Numbered from the stretch's first letter, positions 9,093 through 19,763 are shown. The stretch: 64,000 nucleotides of DNA from an uncultured delta proteobacterium (GCA_963734845.1 CAVTIS010000010.1:28795-92794); one strand, 5' to 3'. Notes: generated by a model from the sequence alone, not told the origin. Program-made: numbers and translations.

Positions 9093-10217
9093 TCAGTCGC
9101 CTGAGACGGATCGATGAGTCTCATAGTACTGAGCCGGCGGCGGCGCCGCCTCGGCCGGAGCGGGTGCAGCCAAATTGACCTGTGGCGCAGGGAGCGCCGC
9201 ACCGTCGATGGGCGCCGTCGGCGGCGGCGCACTGCCGGCGTTGGCGTCGGAGAGGCTCGCGCTCAGCCGCCCATACCCCGTGCGCGCCATCAGATTACCT
9301 GGCGCCGCGTCGAGCGCCTGCTTGTACGCCGCCGCCGCCTCGGGAAACTTGCCCTGCTCCTCCAGACACGCGCCCTCGAAGCTTTTGACCTCGCCGAGCC
9401 ACGCGGGTACCGTGCGCACTCCGACCTCCGAGCGGCCGAAAAACGCGAGCGCCTGCGGATAGTCCTTTTTCAACATGTAGGCGCGACCGAGATAGAAGTA
9501 AGCATAGGGATCGGTCGGATCGATCGAAATCGCGCGGCCGAGATCGCGGATCGCGTCGTCGAGCTTGGAGGTTTCGAGCGCTTTGCGCCCCTTCTCAGCG
9601 AAACGCAGCGAGGCGTTGAGCGCGGGCTGGTCCTTGGTATTTGCGATTAGTCCGGTGAGCGGCTGGTCGCTGACCGGCGCGGTCGGCTGGACGGACCCAA
9701 CGTCATATGGCGGCGGCGCCTCGGTGGGCGTGGCCTCGGGCGCGGGCTCGCCGGCTACGGGAACGCCCGCCGAGTCGGCAGGCGCCCCCGTAGCCGCAGC
9801 CGCCCCGGCCGCGCCGGGCGCCGCGCCCGATGCGGCCGGAGAGCCGCTCGCCGTTGGCACGCGTGTCCATCCTGAGTTTTCAGTGCCTGAGTTTTCAGTG
9901 CCTGTGCCTGGATTCTCGCCGCCTGCGCCTTCGCCGCCCGGCCTTTGCGAGCCCGAAGGCTGTTCACCTGAAGGCGACGGCGCGGGCAAAGCTGCCGGCG
10001 ATGCCGCCGGCGACGCGAGATCCTCCGGCGGCACATTCTGCTCCTCGAACGCGAGGACGTGAGCGCCGGAGCTTTCGGCTTCGGTGCTGCCGTGGCGCGG
10101 GGCAGAGGCTGTCACCGCTGGCGCGAGACTCGCCAGCGCGATCGCGCAGGCCAGCGCGATCGGCACGGCACGCCTCGTTACAGCTGGCCGTCTGGGGAGA
10201 TCTGCTTCAATTCTCAT
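9093..10217 (-). CDS. exported TPR protein with Pro/Ala/Ser-rich N-terminal region
   Basis: ATG at 10217 overlaps the PBP1b stop; signal-like hydrophobic stretch; TPR motifs (AIRDLGRAISIDP..PYAYFYLGRAY). Confidence 0.8.
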   Translation of the reverse strand: MRIEADLPRRPAVTRRAVPIALACAIALASLAPAVTASAPRHGSTEAESSGAHVLAFEEQNVPPEDLASPAASPAALPAPSPSGEQPSGSQRPGGEGAGGENPGTGTENSGTENSGWTRVPTASGSPAASGAAPGAAGAAAATGAPADSAGVPVAGEPAPEATPTEAPPPYDVGSVQPTAPVSDQPLTGLIANTKDQPALNASLRFAEKGRKALETSKLDDAIRDLGRAISIDPTDPYAYFYLGRAYMLKKDYPQALAFFGRSEVGVRTVPAWLGEVKSFEGACLEEQGKFPEAAAAYKQALDAAPGNLMARTGYGRLSASLSDANAGSAPPPTAPIDGAALPAPQVNLAAPAPAEAAPPPAQYYETHRSVSGD

Positions 10218-12601
10218 CAATCGTTTGGGTCGCGCGGCACGCGCTCCCAGTTGCCCGCGGACGGCGCGCCGGGGGCGGCGGATTTGTCGGCGGCCGGCGT
10301 CGTGCCGCCTGTGGCATGGAAGGGACAGACTTGCGTCGGCGCAAGCGATATCGGAAATGCTCCCTCCATTACCACCGGACAATTCGGTCCCGCCAGGTAG
10401 CCGGTCAGCGGGTCAACCTTCTCCACCACGATACCGGGCGGCGGGGCGAAGTCCAGCGGCGGCCGCGAGGCCGTCGCCGCCTTCATGAAATCGGTCCAGG
10501 CCGGCAAGGAGGCCTCCGCACCGGTCAATCCCAGTTCTTCCTTCTGATCGAATCCGGTCCAGACGACGGCCAGCAGGTTGGGCGTGAAGCCGGTGAACCA
10601 GGCGTCCTTGGAATCATTGGTGGTGCCGGTCTTGCCGGCGGCGGGGCGGGTGAATCCGCGCTTGCGCGCGCCTTCGCCGGTGCCGTGGTTGATGACTTGC
10701 TCGAGCATGAAATCGATCATGTAGGCGAGTTGGGGCGAGAGCACCTGACGCGCCTGCAGTTCATGGCCTTCGATCACCTTGCCGCTCTGATCGACGACCG
10801 CCGTGACCGCGTAGGACTGCACCTCGAGACCGTAGTCGGCCATGATCGAATAGGCCTGCGCGATCTGCATCGGCGTTACCTCGATTCCGCCCAGCACGAT
10901 CGACGGGTACGAGGGCAGATCGCCGAAGCCCATTCTCTCGGCCATCGCGCGCACCCGGTCGAGGCCAATCTGATTGGCCAGGCGCGAGGTGGCGGCGTTG
11001 AGTGACTCCTCCAGCGCGAACTCCAGGGTCACCCGGCCGAAGTAGCGATTCTTGTAGTTCTTGGGACTCCAGCTCATGTCGCCGTAGGCCCAGGTGAACG
11101 GCGTGTCGTCGATATAGGTGGTCGGTAGAAAATGCTCGGGACCGCCCTCGAGCGTTTCCTGCATCGCGGCCAGATAAGTGATCGGCTTGAAGGCGGAGCC
11201 CGGCTGACGCCTGGCCTGGGTTATACGGTCGAACTGGCTTTCGCGATAGTCGCGTCCGCCCACCATCACGCGAATCTTGCCGCTTTGCGGCTCCACTGCG
11301 ATGAGCGCCTCTTCGAGCTGATCTTTCTTTTCCTTGCGCCGCAGCGAGGCGTAGCGCCGCTCGAGGTAGTCGAGGTTGTCGCGCACCGCCTTCTCGGCGA
11401 GCTTCTGGGCGTGCACGTCGAGCGAGGTGAAAACTCTCAGCCCCTCGCCGGTCAGTACTCCGGGCGGATAGCGCTCAGCCAGTTCGTGCTTGACGTAGTC
11501 GACGAAGTAGGGCGCGTCGTTGTTCTCGACGAAGACTTCGCGCGGGTGCAGCGGCTCGGTGGCCGCGCTGTCGTAGGCGGCCTTGCTGATATAGCCGTCG
11601 GCGAGCATCAGGCCCAGCACCTCATTGCGCCGCTGCTCGGCGAGCCGCGGATGATGCAGCGGGTTGAGGCGGTTGGGCGAGCTTATCATCCCGGCGATCG
11701 TCGCCATTTCGCCGATCGTCAAGTTGCGCGGCTCCTTGGAAAAGTAGAATTCGGAAGCCTCCCACACGCCGTAGATTCCCTCCTGGCCGCGCTGCCCGAG
11801 GTAGATGTCGTTGATGTAGTTTTCCAGGATCTGGTCTTTGGAGTACCGGCGCTCGGCGATGTACGCCATCAGGATTTCTTTGACCTTGCGCCGCCAGTCG
11901 CGCTTGCTGGTCAAAAAGAAGTTTTTCATCAACTGCTGGGTCAGCGTCGAACCGCCCTGGCGCACGCGGCGCGCCGAGAAGTCCACCCAGGCGGCCTTGA
12001 CGATGCGGACCAGATCGATGCCGTGATGTTCGTAAAAGCGATGGTCCTCGGCGGCGAGGATCGCGTCGATGAAGCCGGGCGGAATCTGCGTGAGCGGGAC
12101 CAGGCGGCGCTGCTGCCAGCTGCCCTGGAAAATTCCGCTGATCAGTTCCGGCTCGAGTTCCACCGAGTAGAGCGCTTTGCCGCCCAGCGGATCGCGCATC
12201 GCGAGCACCGAGTCATGCGGTCCCAGGGTCATTTCGACCGCCTCACCCGCAAAGTCGTTATAGGGGTAGGCGAAGCTGTGCAGGAATACGGTCAGCCGAT
12301 GCTTCTTTTCGTCGAGCGAATACTCGCCGCGTGAAGGGACCTGGCCGGGGGCGACGCGATGGTAGTTCAGGCGCGCCAGGCGCTGGAAGAAGCCGAGGTC
12401 GTCGAGGCTCTGGCCCGGATAGACGAAGCACGAATCGGAGTAGATGCGCGAGGGGATGTTCCATCGCTTGCCGGAAAATCGCGCGACGACCTCGTTCTCG
12501 AGCGCCTGGTAGTAGCTCGAAAATTCGTAGATTAGCGGAGGCAGGGCGAAGAGCAGGATCGCCGAGACCGCGAACAACACTATTTTGAGCGCGCGTTTCA
12601 T
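10217..12601 (-). CDS. mrcB: class A penicillin-binding protein 1B (UB2H + transglycosylase + transpeptidase)
   Basis: EDHRFYEHHG, GGSTLTQQ, RKVKE, PGSAFKP (SxxK), SLN, KTGT; UB2H-like N-terminal insert. Confidence 0.92.
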   Translation of the reverse strand: MKRALKIVLFAVSAILLFALPPLIYEFSSYYQALENEVVARFSGKRWNIPSRIYSDSCFVYPGQSLDDLGFFQRLARLNYHRVAPGQVPSRGEYSLDEKKHRLTVFLHSFAYPYNDFAGEAVEMTLGPHDSVLAMRDPLGGKALYSVELEPELISGIFQGSWQQRRLVPLTQIPPGFIDAILAAEDHRFYEHHGIDLVRIVKAAWVDFSARRVRQGGSTLTQQLMKNFFLTSKRDWRRKVKEILMAYIAERRYSKDQILENYINDIYLGQRGQEGIYGVWEASEFYFSKEPRNLTIGEMATIAGMISSPNRLNPLHHPRLAEQRRNEVLGLMLADGYISKAAYDSAATEPLHPREVFVENNDAPYFVDYVKHELAERYPPGVLTGEGLRVFTSLDVHAQKLAEKAVRDNLDYLERRYASLRRKEKKDQLEEALIAVEPQSGKIRVMVGGRDYRESQFDRITQARRQPGSAFKPITYLAAMQETLEGGPEHFLPTTYIDDTPFTWAYGDMSWSPKNYKNRYFGRVTLEFALEESLNAATSRLANQIGLDRVRAMAERMGFGDLPSYPSIVLGGIEVTPMQIAQAYSIMADYGLEVQSYAVTAVVDQSGKVIEGHELQARQVLSPQLAYMIDFMLEQVINHGTGEGARKRGFTRPAAGKTGTTNDSKDAWFTGFTPNLLAVVWTGFDQKEELGLTGAEASLPAWTDFMKAATASRPPLDFAPPPGIVVEKVDPLTGYLAGPNCPVVMEGAFPISLAPTQVCPFHATGGTTPAADKSAAPGAPSAGNWERVPRDPND

Positions 12602-12666
12602 CCCCCCAAAAGACGTCCTGCCGTCCGCGCGTTAGCGCCCGACCCGTACTCGCAACCGCGCATCGC

Positions 12667-14127
12667 CTAGCCCTCCGGTTCGAGCGGCACGAAGACGGTG
12701 CTCTTGTGGCGCTTGATCAGGAGCAGCACCGCTTTGCCGCCGGCCAGCTTGAGCGCGCGCTGGTAGGCATCAACATTGCCGACGCCGCGGCGGTTGACCT
12801 CCACGATAATGTCGCGCGAGCGCACGCCGGCTGCGTCGGCCGAGCTTCCGGGCTGCACCGAATAAACCACCACGCCTTTGTTCTGGCCGAGTCCCATATC
12901 ATGCGCGAGTTTGGGGTCGAGGTCTTTCACGGTGAGGCCGAACGGCGAGGTACCCTTGATTAGCTGCTTGGCGGCAGCCGCGATATGCGCCTCGCGCGAG
13001 GCCGTAATCGTAACCGGCAGCTCGAGGTACTTTTTGTCGCGTATTATCCTGAGCGTCGCGCGATGGCCGAGCGGCGTGCGCGCGACCATCAACGGCAACT
13101 GGCGCGAATCTTCGATCGGGATTCCGTTGTAGGCCGCGATCACGTCGCCGCGTTTGATCCCGGCGTTCTTGGCCGGGCCCTCGCCCAGCACCTCGGCGAC
13201 GAGCGCGCCGCGCGGCTCCTCCAGCCCCATCGAATCGGCGATCGCCGGGGTCACCCGCTGCACGTAAATTCCGAGCCATCCGCGCACCACCTTGCCATGG
13301 TCGCGTAGTTGCGGCAGCTCCTCCTTGACCAGGTTGACCGGGATGGCGAAGCCGATGCCGGTGTTGGAGCCGGTGCGGGTGAAAATTGCGGAATTTACGC
13401 CGACCACCTCGCCGCGAACGTTGATCAACGGCCCCCCCGAGTTGCCCGGGTTGATCGCGGCGTCGGTCTGGATGAACTCGTCGTAGTTGCCCGGGATGAA
13501 GCGGCCTTTGGCGCTGATGATGCCGGCGGTCACCGTGTGATCGAAGCCGAACGGGTCACCGATGGTCATCACCCATTGGCCGACTTTCACGTCGTCCGAA
13601 TCGCCAAGCGGCGCTACCGGCAAATCGTGCCGGGCATTTATTTTCAGCAGCGCGATGTCGGTCTTGGCATCGCGCCCGGTCACCGAAGCCCTGTACTGGT
13701 TGCCGTCCTTGGTGGTGACTATGATCTCGCGGCCGTTTTCTATCACATGGTCGTTGGTCAGGATGTAGCCGGCAGCGTTGATGATGAAGCCGGACCCGAG
13801 GCTACGGCCGTGGGGCTCGCCAAACGGCTCGCCGAACTCGTTGAACGGTTCGTTGCCCCCGCCTTCGCTGCCGCCGCCTTCGCTGCCGCCGCCCTCGCCT
13901 TCAGAGGCGGCTGGCCCGGCTTGCTCAGTCGAGATATTGACCACCGTGGGTCCCAATTTATCGGCCATCGAGACGAAATCGGGCAGCGTCTCGGCCTTGG
14001 GTGTGCTCGACGAGGTAAGCTCGTGCCAGAATTGATCGCCGAAGACGCGCGGCACGGCCGGGCCGCACCAGAGCAGCATCGACGCCGCGAAACTAAAGAT
14101 GGCGACGTTCAGAAACTTCGAAGGCAT
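12667..14127 (-). CDS. degP: DegP/Do periplasmic serine protease with two PDZ domains
   Basis: GSGFII, TNDHV, DIALLK, IQTDAAINPGNSGGPL, followed by PDZ domains. Confidence 0.92.
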   Translation of the reverse strand: MPSKFLNVAIFSFAASMLLWCGPAVPRVFGDQFWHELTSSSTPKAETLPDFVSMADKLGPTVVNISTEQAGPAASEGEGGGSEGGGSEGGGNEPFNEFGEPFGEPHGRSLGSGFIINAAGYILTNDHVIENGREIIVTTKDGNQYRASVTGRDAKTDIALLKINARHDLPVAPLGDSDDVKVGQWVMTIGDPFGFDHTVTAGIISAKGRFIPGNYDEFIQTDAAINPGNSGGPLINVRGEVVGVNSAIFTRTGSNTGIGFAIPVNLVKEELPQLRDHGKVVRGWLGIYVQRVTPAIADSMGLEEPRGALVAEVLGEGPAKNAGIKRGDVIAAYNGIPIEDSRQLPLMVARTPLGHRATLRIIRDKKYLELPVTITASREAHIAAAAKQLIKGTSPFGLTVKDLDPKLAHDMGLGQNKGVVVYSVQPGSSADAAGVRSRDIIVEVNRRGVGNVDAYQRALKLAGGKAVLLLIKRHKSTVFVPLEPEG

Positions 14128-14157
14128 TCGCGCGCCGACCCCCCGGACCCAGGCGAA

Positions 14158-14724
14158 TCAGCCGTTCCGGCGAGCGATCTCAACGTATTTCATTCTGAGG
14201 TCAAAGAGAATCGCGTCGAGCAGGGCCTGCTCGTCGTGGTCGAGATTCCCCCGCGTCTTCTCACGCAGCATCCCAAGGATGTCGATAAGCTGCTGCGCCA
14301 TCGCGAGGTCGCGCTGCGCCTGACCGCTGGAGGGGTCGGCCATCTCGCCCAGATGCACCAGCGCCTCGGTCGAGAGGCTCATCAGGAAGGCGCCGAAACT
14401 TATATCACCCGTCTCCGCACCAGCCTGTGACGGATAGGCCTCGGAGCCGGCCGCCGACCGCGCGGCGGCGTAACCCTTGGCTGCGGCTTCCTGCTGCGGA
14501 TGAGAGGCTTCCGTCTGATGCTGCGAAGGAGGGGCCGCGGCCTGTGCCCCGGCACTGTGCGGCGGCCCGCCGGTACGCAGTGCGTCCGAGTGTGGCGGCG
14601 CGTCGGGCTTCGCGGCGGTCGGTTCGTCGGCGCCGCTGAACTCGGGCTTCAGCTCGCCTTCGGCTGAGAAGCGTCGACGGTCCTGTATCTTGAAGCCCTT
14701 GGAGCTGTCGTCCTCGGATGCCAT
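14158..14724 (-). CDS. DUF1844-like protein
   Basis: FKIQDRRRF N-terminus; C-terminal LGE..DP...DL..A...IDILGML.EKTRGNL...E..LL...L..LRMKYV. Confidence 0.8.
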   Translation of the reverse strand: MASEDDSSKGFKIQDRRRFSAEGELKPEFSGADEPTAAKPDAPPHSDALRTGGPPHSAGAQAAAPPSQHQTEASHPQQEAAAKGYAAARSAAGSEAYPSQAGAETGDISFGAFLMSLSTEALVHLGEMADPSSGQAQRDLAMAQQLIDILGMLREKTRGNLDHDEQALLDAILFDLRMKYVEIARRNG

Positions 14725-14727
14725 CGC

Positions 14728-15597
14728 TTAGACCACCTCAGTGCTCGCCATGTGCTCGAGGCGCCGGATGCGCTCTTCGAGAGGCGGATGGGTTGAAAAG
14801 AGCTTACTCATCAGGCCCTGCGCGCTAAGCGGATTGACGATGAACAGATGGGCCGTCGCTGGCCCGGCGTCCATCGGCATGCGCTCGTTGGCGGCCTCCA
14901 GCTTGCGCAGTGCGCTGGCGAGGTAGAGCGGATGATGGGTGAGACGGGCGCCGCTGGCGTCGGCCTGGTACTCGCGCGTGCGCGACACGGCGAGCTGGAT
15001 CATCGTCGCGGCAAGCGGCGCCAGAAATGCCATGAGCAGTAGCTCGACCATGCCGCCGCGACGGTCGTCGTCGCTGCCGCCACCGAAGCCGCCGAAAATC
15101 GCGCCCCATTTCGCCATCGAGGCCAGAATCATGATCGCGCCGGCCAGTGTCGCCGCGATCGAGCTGGTCAGGATGTCGCGATTGATCACGTGGGAAAGCT
15201 CGTGACCCAGCACGCCTTTGAGTTCGTCGCGGCTACAAATCCGCAGAATTCCGCGCGTCACGGCAACGGCTGCGTGATGGGGATTGCGTCCGGTGGCGAA
15301 GGCGTTGGGCGTGTCGGTGTCGATCAGGTACATGCGCGGCACCTGGATATGCGCCTCCTGCGCCAGTTCCTGGACGATCGAGTAAAGCTCTGGCGCTGCG
15401 GCCGCGTCGAGTTCCTGTGCGCCGTAGGCTTTTAAGACCATCTTGTCCGAGAACCAGTAGCTGAAGAAATTCATCGCGAGCGCGACGATGAAGGCGAATT
15501 CGGCGCCACCTCTTCCGCCGAACAGACCGCCGATAAGTATCAGAAGGCCGGTCAGGGCACCGAGCAATATAGTGGTCTTGATAGCGCTACGCAGCAT
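14728..15597 (-). CDS. htpX: zinc metalloprotease HtpX
   Basis: [30 protein letters not shown]; likely start MLRSAIK at 15597. Confidence 0.95.
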   Translation of the reverse strand: MLRSAIKTTILLGALTGLLILIGGLFGGRGGAEFAFIVALAMNFFSYWFSDKMVLKAYGAQELDAAAAPELYSIVQELAQEAHIQVPRMYLIDTDTPNAFATGRNPHHAAVAVTRGILRICSRDELKGVLGHELSHVINRDILTSSIAATLAGAIMILASMAKWGAIFGGFGGGSDDDRRGGMVELLLMAFLAPLAATMIQLAVSRTREYQADASGARLTHHPLYLASALRKLEAANERMPMDAGPATAHLFIVNPLSAQGLMSKLFSTHPPLEERIRRLEHMASTEVV

Positions 15598-15980
15598 AGA
15601 TTCCTTGTCGGAGAGCAAAAAACTCCCGCGAATCAAACATATTTTAGCATGTGGCGGACTGAAACGGCTCGGCTAATCTGAGGCTACGCCGGGCGATTTT
15701 TGCAGTCAACGCAGCCATATTCGAGTCTAAATTTAACCATCGGCACGCTCCGTCGCACCATCCTTTTTATCGATGGCAACAGGCGCACCGGCTTTCTCGT
15801 TGGGATCCTCTTGCTTGAGACGAACAGTTTGTCGTTTCACTGCGAGTGAAGAAGACGCCACCCAAGCCGTCCCTGGGCCTCGCTGCCGGGACGCTCGATG
15901 AAACCGCCTTCGCCGCCTGGTTACGCTCCAATGCAAGAATTTTGAGCCTCTTCTAGGCAGCAATTCGCGGCTCGTCTCCT

Positions 15981-16958
15981 TCAGCACACCTGGAGTATCT
16001 GCTTCAGTGCTGCCAACAACTCGGCTGGTGTCAGGTCGGCAAGCTTCGAGGCCCGCACAACCCTGACCCGCCCGAGCGGACGCCAGCGGTCAGGATCCGT
16101 CGGCCCGAAGATCGCGACTCCCGGAGCGCCGGAGGCGGCCGCCATATGCGACACGCCTGAATCGTTGCCCACGAAGCCGGCCGCGAGATGCGCCAGACCA
16201 GCTATCGTGCCGAGCGGCTGACCGCCAAGCCAGGCAATTCCACGTGCCGCCAAAAGCGGCATCAGGACGGATTCGATCGCACGCTCCGCGGGACCGAGCA
16301 CGACAAGCGCCCGCAGCGGCGGCGGTAGCGTGCTCGCCAGCGCGGCGAAATTCTCCGCTGGCCAATTCTTCTCTGCGCTGCCGCTGCCGGGGAAGAGCAG
16401 CACGACGTGGGCCTTCTCAAGACCGAGCCGGGCGAGCGCCTGCCCCGCCTCCGCGATATCGCCGGCGAGCACGTCGATATGTGCGTCCAGCTCTGCGTCT
16501 GGAGGCGCGCCGCGCTCGCCGAGTTCGTTCAGGTAGCCGGTGGCGACGTGGCCCCTTCCCGCAGGACGGAAGGCATGGAAGCTGACTGCTCCAGGCGCAG
16601 CGGCCGCTTCGAGCGCGCGGCGAAAGCGCCGATCGGCGGCGGCGAAAAACGAATAGACGCGCGTGAAGGGTCGGAAAACCGCAGAGGCCTCGGCTAGGTC
16701 AGGGTCTTGCGCGAACAGTGCGGCGACCTCGCGTCGATCGATTGAATGAGCTCGTGCAATACCGATTCGATCAACCGCGAGGCGCGCGAGTTCCTCGCGC
16801 GCCATCAGTTCCATCGTTTCGTCAGGATGGCGCCGTGCGAGCACCCGCAGCGCCGGAACCAAACATATAAGGTCGCCGAGCGCGCCGGGAAAGATCGCCA
16901 GCACGCGTCCCGCTGCAGCGACCTGCTCCGACGTTCCTGATGCCTTCGGCGAAACCAT
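15981..16958 (-). CDS. glycosyltransferase family 9 (LPS heptosyltransferase-like)
   Basis: PGALGD, PGSGS..KNWP, FVGNDSGVSHMAAA.G.P..AIFGPT. Confidence 0.88.
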   Translation of the reverse strand: MVSPKASGTSEQVAAAGRVLAIFPGALGDLICLVPALRVLARRHPDETMELMAREELARLAVDRIGIARAHSIDRREVAALFAQDPDLAEASAVFRPFTRVYSFFAAADRRFRRALEAAAAPGAVSFHAFRPAGRGHVATGYLNELGERGAPPDAELDAHIDVLAGDIAEAGQALARLGLEKAHVVLLFPGSGSAEKNWPAENFAALASTLPPPLRALVVLGPAERAIESVLMPLLAARGIAWLGGQPLGTIAGLAHLAAGFVGNDSGVSHMAAASGAPGVAIFGPTDPDRWRPLGRVRVVRASKLADLTPAELLAALKQILQVC

Positions 16959-17084
16959 CGCTGGCGAATTCTACCACCATCCCGCCGCCTCGAGGCCTGT
17001 CGCGTCTCTTGCGGTACCCACGCAGCCTTGGACGCATCACTTAGGTGGTCGCAAAACGGCAGCGAATGCGGCTAAAATCGCAGC

Positions 17085-18020
17085 ATGCCGAACAGCGTGG
17101 CACGCTCACCGCTCGAACTTATCGGTCATACTCCCGTGGTGCGGCTAAACCGCCTGCCGGGCAAGGACGACGCCGAGATTTGGGCGAAGCTCGAGAGCTT
17201 CAACCCGGGCGGCAGCGTCAAGGACCGGATCTGCGTCGCGATGGTCGAGGCGGCAGAGCGCGAGGGGCGGCTCAAGCCCGGAGAAACGATCGTCGAACCG
17301 ACCTCGGGCAACACCGGAATCGGACTCGCGCTGGTGGCGGCCGTCAAGGGCTACAAGCTCATCCTGACGATGCCCGACACGATGAGCGAGGAGCGGCGCT
17401 CGCTGTTGGCGGCCTATGGGGCGCGCCTGGTACTGACACCGGATACGCGCGGAATGCATGGTGCGATCGCCAAGGCGCAGGAGCTCGTGCGCGATAACCA
17501 GGGTTTCTTCATGCCGCAGCAGTTCAGGAACCACGCCAATCCCGACGTCCACTATACGACCACCGGTCCGGAACTGGCGGGCCAACTCGAGCGAATCGAC
17601 GCCTTCGTGGCAGGTGTCGGCACCGGTGGCACGATCACCGGCGTCGGGCGCTACTTGCGTGAGCACTTCGGCGGCCGGCCGTTGATCGTGGCGGTCGAAC
17701 CGAAAAATTCTCCGGTGCTGTCAGGCGGCGAGGCCGGCTTCCATAAAATCCAGGGAATCGGCGCCGGTTTCGTGCCGGAAAATCTCGACACCACGGTGTA
17801 TGACGAAATAATCGCCGTCAGCGACGAAGAGGCGACGGTTCATTCGCGCCGGCTCGCGCGCGAAGAGGGTCTGCTAGTCGGAATTTCCTCAGGCGCCGCT
17901 TGCTACGCGGCGCTGCAGGTGGCCAAGCGTCTCGGCCGCGGCAAAGTCGTCGCGACGGTTTTCTGCGACACCGGCGAGCGCTACCTGACGACCGATCTCT
18001 TCCAGGCCGAAGGTATATGA
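17085..18020 (+). CDS. cysK: cysteine synthase A
   Basis: [14 protein letters not shown] (PLP Lys), PTSGNTG, GTGGT, HKIQGIG, DTGERYL. Confidence 0.96.
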   Translation: MPNSVARSPLELIGHTPVVRLNRLPGKDDAEIWAKLESFNPGGSVKDRICVAMVEAAEREGRLKPGETIVEPTSGNTGIGLALVAAVKGYKLILTMPDTMSEERRSLLAAYGARLVLTPDTRGMHGAIAKAQELVRDNQGFFMPQQFRNHANPDVHYTTTGPELAGQLERIDAFVAGVGTGGTITGVGRYLREHFGGRPLIVAVEPKNSPVLSGGEAGFHKIQGIGAGFVPENLDTTVYDEIIAVSDEEATVHSRRLAREEGLLVGISSGAACYAALQVAKRLGRGKVVATVFCDTGERYLTTDLFQAEGI

Positions 18021-18880
18021 GCGAGACGGGCGCGAACCTTGCGCTCAAGCTTGAGCGGCTGCGCGTGATTTTCGCGCCGATACGCTCGCTGATGGTCGCG
18101 TTCTCGGGCGGGGTGGATTCGACTTTCGTCCTGCGCGTCGCCCATGACGTCCTGGGCGCGCGGATGCTCGCGCTCACCACTACCTCGCCGACCATGCCGG
18201 ACGATGACCGGCGCTCGGCGCTGGAGATGGCGCGGACGATCGGCGCGCGCCACCTGGTCGTCGAGTCCAACGAACTCGAAGTCCCCGGCTATGCCGAGAA
18301 CCCGCTCAACCGATGCTACCTGTGCAAGCACAACTTGTTCACGGTCTGCGAGGCCAAGGCGGCAGAACTCGGAATCGATGAGATCGTGGATGGTCTCAAC
18401 CTGGACGACCTGCACGACTATCGGCCGGGTATCAAGGCCGCGGGCGAAAAGCGCGTCCGCCATCCGTTGGTCGAGGCCGAGTTGACCAAGGCCGAGATTC
18501 GCGAATTGTCGCACACCCTGGGCCTGCCGACCTGGGATCGGCCGGCCTCGCCTTGCCTTTCCTCGCGCTTTCCTTACGGCACGCGAATCACGCTCGAGGG
18601 CCTGGAGCGGGTCGAGCGGGGCGAGCAGTTATTGCATGCGATGGGGTTTCGGGTAGCGCGCGTGCGTTACCATGGCGAAGTCGCGCGGCTGGAGGTCGAG
18701 CAGACCGAGATCGCGCGGCTCCTCGAACCGGCGACGCGTGAGAGTGTCGACCGCGAACTGCGCAAACTCGGCTTTCGCTTCGTAACCGTCGATTTGAAGG
18801 GTTTCCGCTCGGGCTCGCTCAACGAGGGCGTGGCGTCCGCAGCTCGAATGGATTCGGCCGATTCTCCCGCCGCTCGCTAA
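18017..18880 (+). CDS. larE: ATP-dependent sulfur transferase LarE family
   Basis: PP-loop [37 protein letters not shown]; ATGA overlap with cysK. Confidence 0.9.
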   Translation: MSETGANLALKLERLRVIFAPIRSLMVAFSGGVDSTFVLRVAHDVLGARMLALTTTSPTMPDDDRRSALEMARTIGARHLVVESNELEVPGYAENPLNRCYLCKHNLFTVCEAKAAELGIDEIVDGLNLDDLHDYRPGIKAAGEKRVRHPLVEAELTKAEIRELSHTLGLPTWDRPASPCLSSRFPYGTRITLEGLERVERGEQLLHAMGFRVARVRYHGEVARLEVEQTEIARLLEPATRESVDRELRKLGFRFVTVDLKGFRSGSLNEGVASAARMDSADSPAAR

Positions 18881-19566
18881 TCGGCAAACATCCGCGCAAC
18901 GAGCGCCTGCGCGATTTCGAGGTCGCCCGGCGTAGTGATCTTCAGATTGGCAGCCGAGCTTTCAACCACCTCGACCCGGCCGCCGCATCGCTCGATCAAT
19001 TCTGCGTCGTCGGTCGCGGTCCATCGCTCGCGTATCGCACGATCATGCGCTTCAACCAGGATTTTGCGGCGAAAAGCCTGCGGCGTTTGCGCCTGCCACA
19101 ATCCCTCGCGCGCAACTGTCGCCGCGATCATACGGCCGTCGATTCGCTTGAGCGTATCGGCCACGGCGACTGCGGCTAACGCGCCGTCGGTCCGCCGCGT
19201 CGCTTCGATACAGGCCGCAAATAGAGCCGGCCCCGCGAACGGACGCGCCGCGTCGTGCACCACCACGACTTCGCTCTCGGCGCTGGTGACTGCCAGCGCG
19301 ATTCGCACCGAATCCTGGCGCTCGGCGCCGCCTCCTACCAGCTTGACCGGGATTTCCAATCCTGCGCACACGACCTCAGCGCGGGCCGCCTGCTCCATCC
19401 CGGGCGGCACCGTCACCACCACCTCATCGATCTCCTCGAGCGCAGTGATGGCGCGCAGCGAATAGTGAAGCAGCGACTGTCCTCCGAGCAACACGAATGC
19501 TTTCGGCGCGTCTGTCTTGAGCCGCGTCCCGCTTCCGGCGGCGACGATAATGACGGAGCATCGCAT
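18877..19566 (-). CDS. ispD: 2-C-methyl-D-erythritol 4-phosphate cytidylyltransferase
   Basis: AAGSGTRL...PK, GGAERQDSV, HDAARP, QTPQ, TDDA, NLKIT. Confidence 0.95.
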   Translation of the reverse strand: MRCSVIIVAAGSGTRLKTDAPKAFVLLGGQSLLHYSLRAITALEEIDEVVVTVPPGMEQAARAEVVCAGLEIPVKLVGGGAERQDSVRIALAVTSAESEVVVVHDAARPFAGPALFAACIEATRRTDGALAAVAVADTLKRIDGRMIAATVAREGLWQAQTPQAFRRKILVEAHDRAIRERWTATDDAELIERCGGRVEVVESSAANLKITTPGDLEIAQALVARMFAD

Positions 19567-19697
19567 CGCTTTCGAGACCGCGGCGCCTAATCAATAATCC
19601 AGCGGGCGCGGCGCTATCGAGCGTATCGGGCGGCAAGCTGCAGGGCAAAGCGTGCGATCGTAATTTGCGCATTCAAAAATGAACGATGGCACCGGAG

Positions 19698-19733
19698 CAA
19701 AAAAGGGACCGGAATTACTTCCGATCCCTTTCA
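19698..19733 (-). terminator. intrinsic terminator-like hairpin downstream of carD
   Basis: Minus strand AAAGGGATCGGAA-GTAA-TTCCGGTCCCTTTTTT. Confidence 0.65.
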
Positions 19734-19763
19734 AGGGTCTTCTTTCGCGTTGGATGGTTGTGA

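Noticed and set aside
13855-13905. GGGSEGGGSEGGG in DegP resembling a phage g3p or synthetic linker
   Set aside because: Short 15-bp duplication in a naturally variable DegP loop; no other vector or phage sequence
15860-15905. SAM-I riboswitch-like words (TCATCGAG, GGCCC, CGGCAGC) on the minus strand
   Set aside because: Order and spacing do not fit the SAM-I P1-P4 consensus, and the downstream gene is not sulfur-related
15733-15987. 84-aa minus-strand ORF upstream of htpX
   Set aside because: No motif and atypical codons; the region is better explained as non-coding
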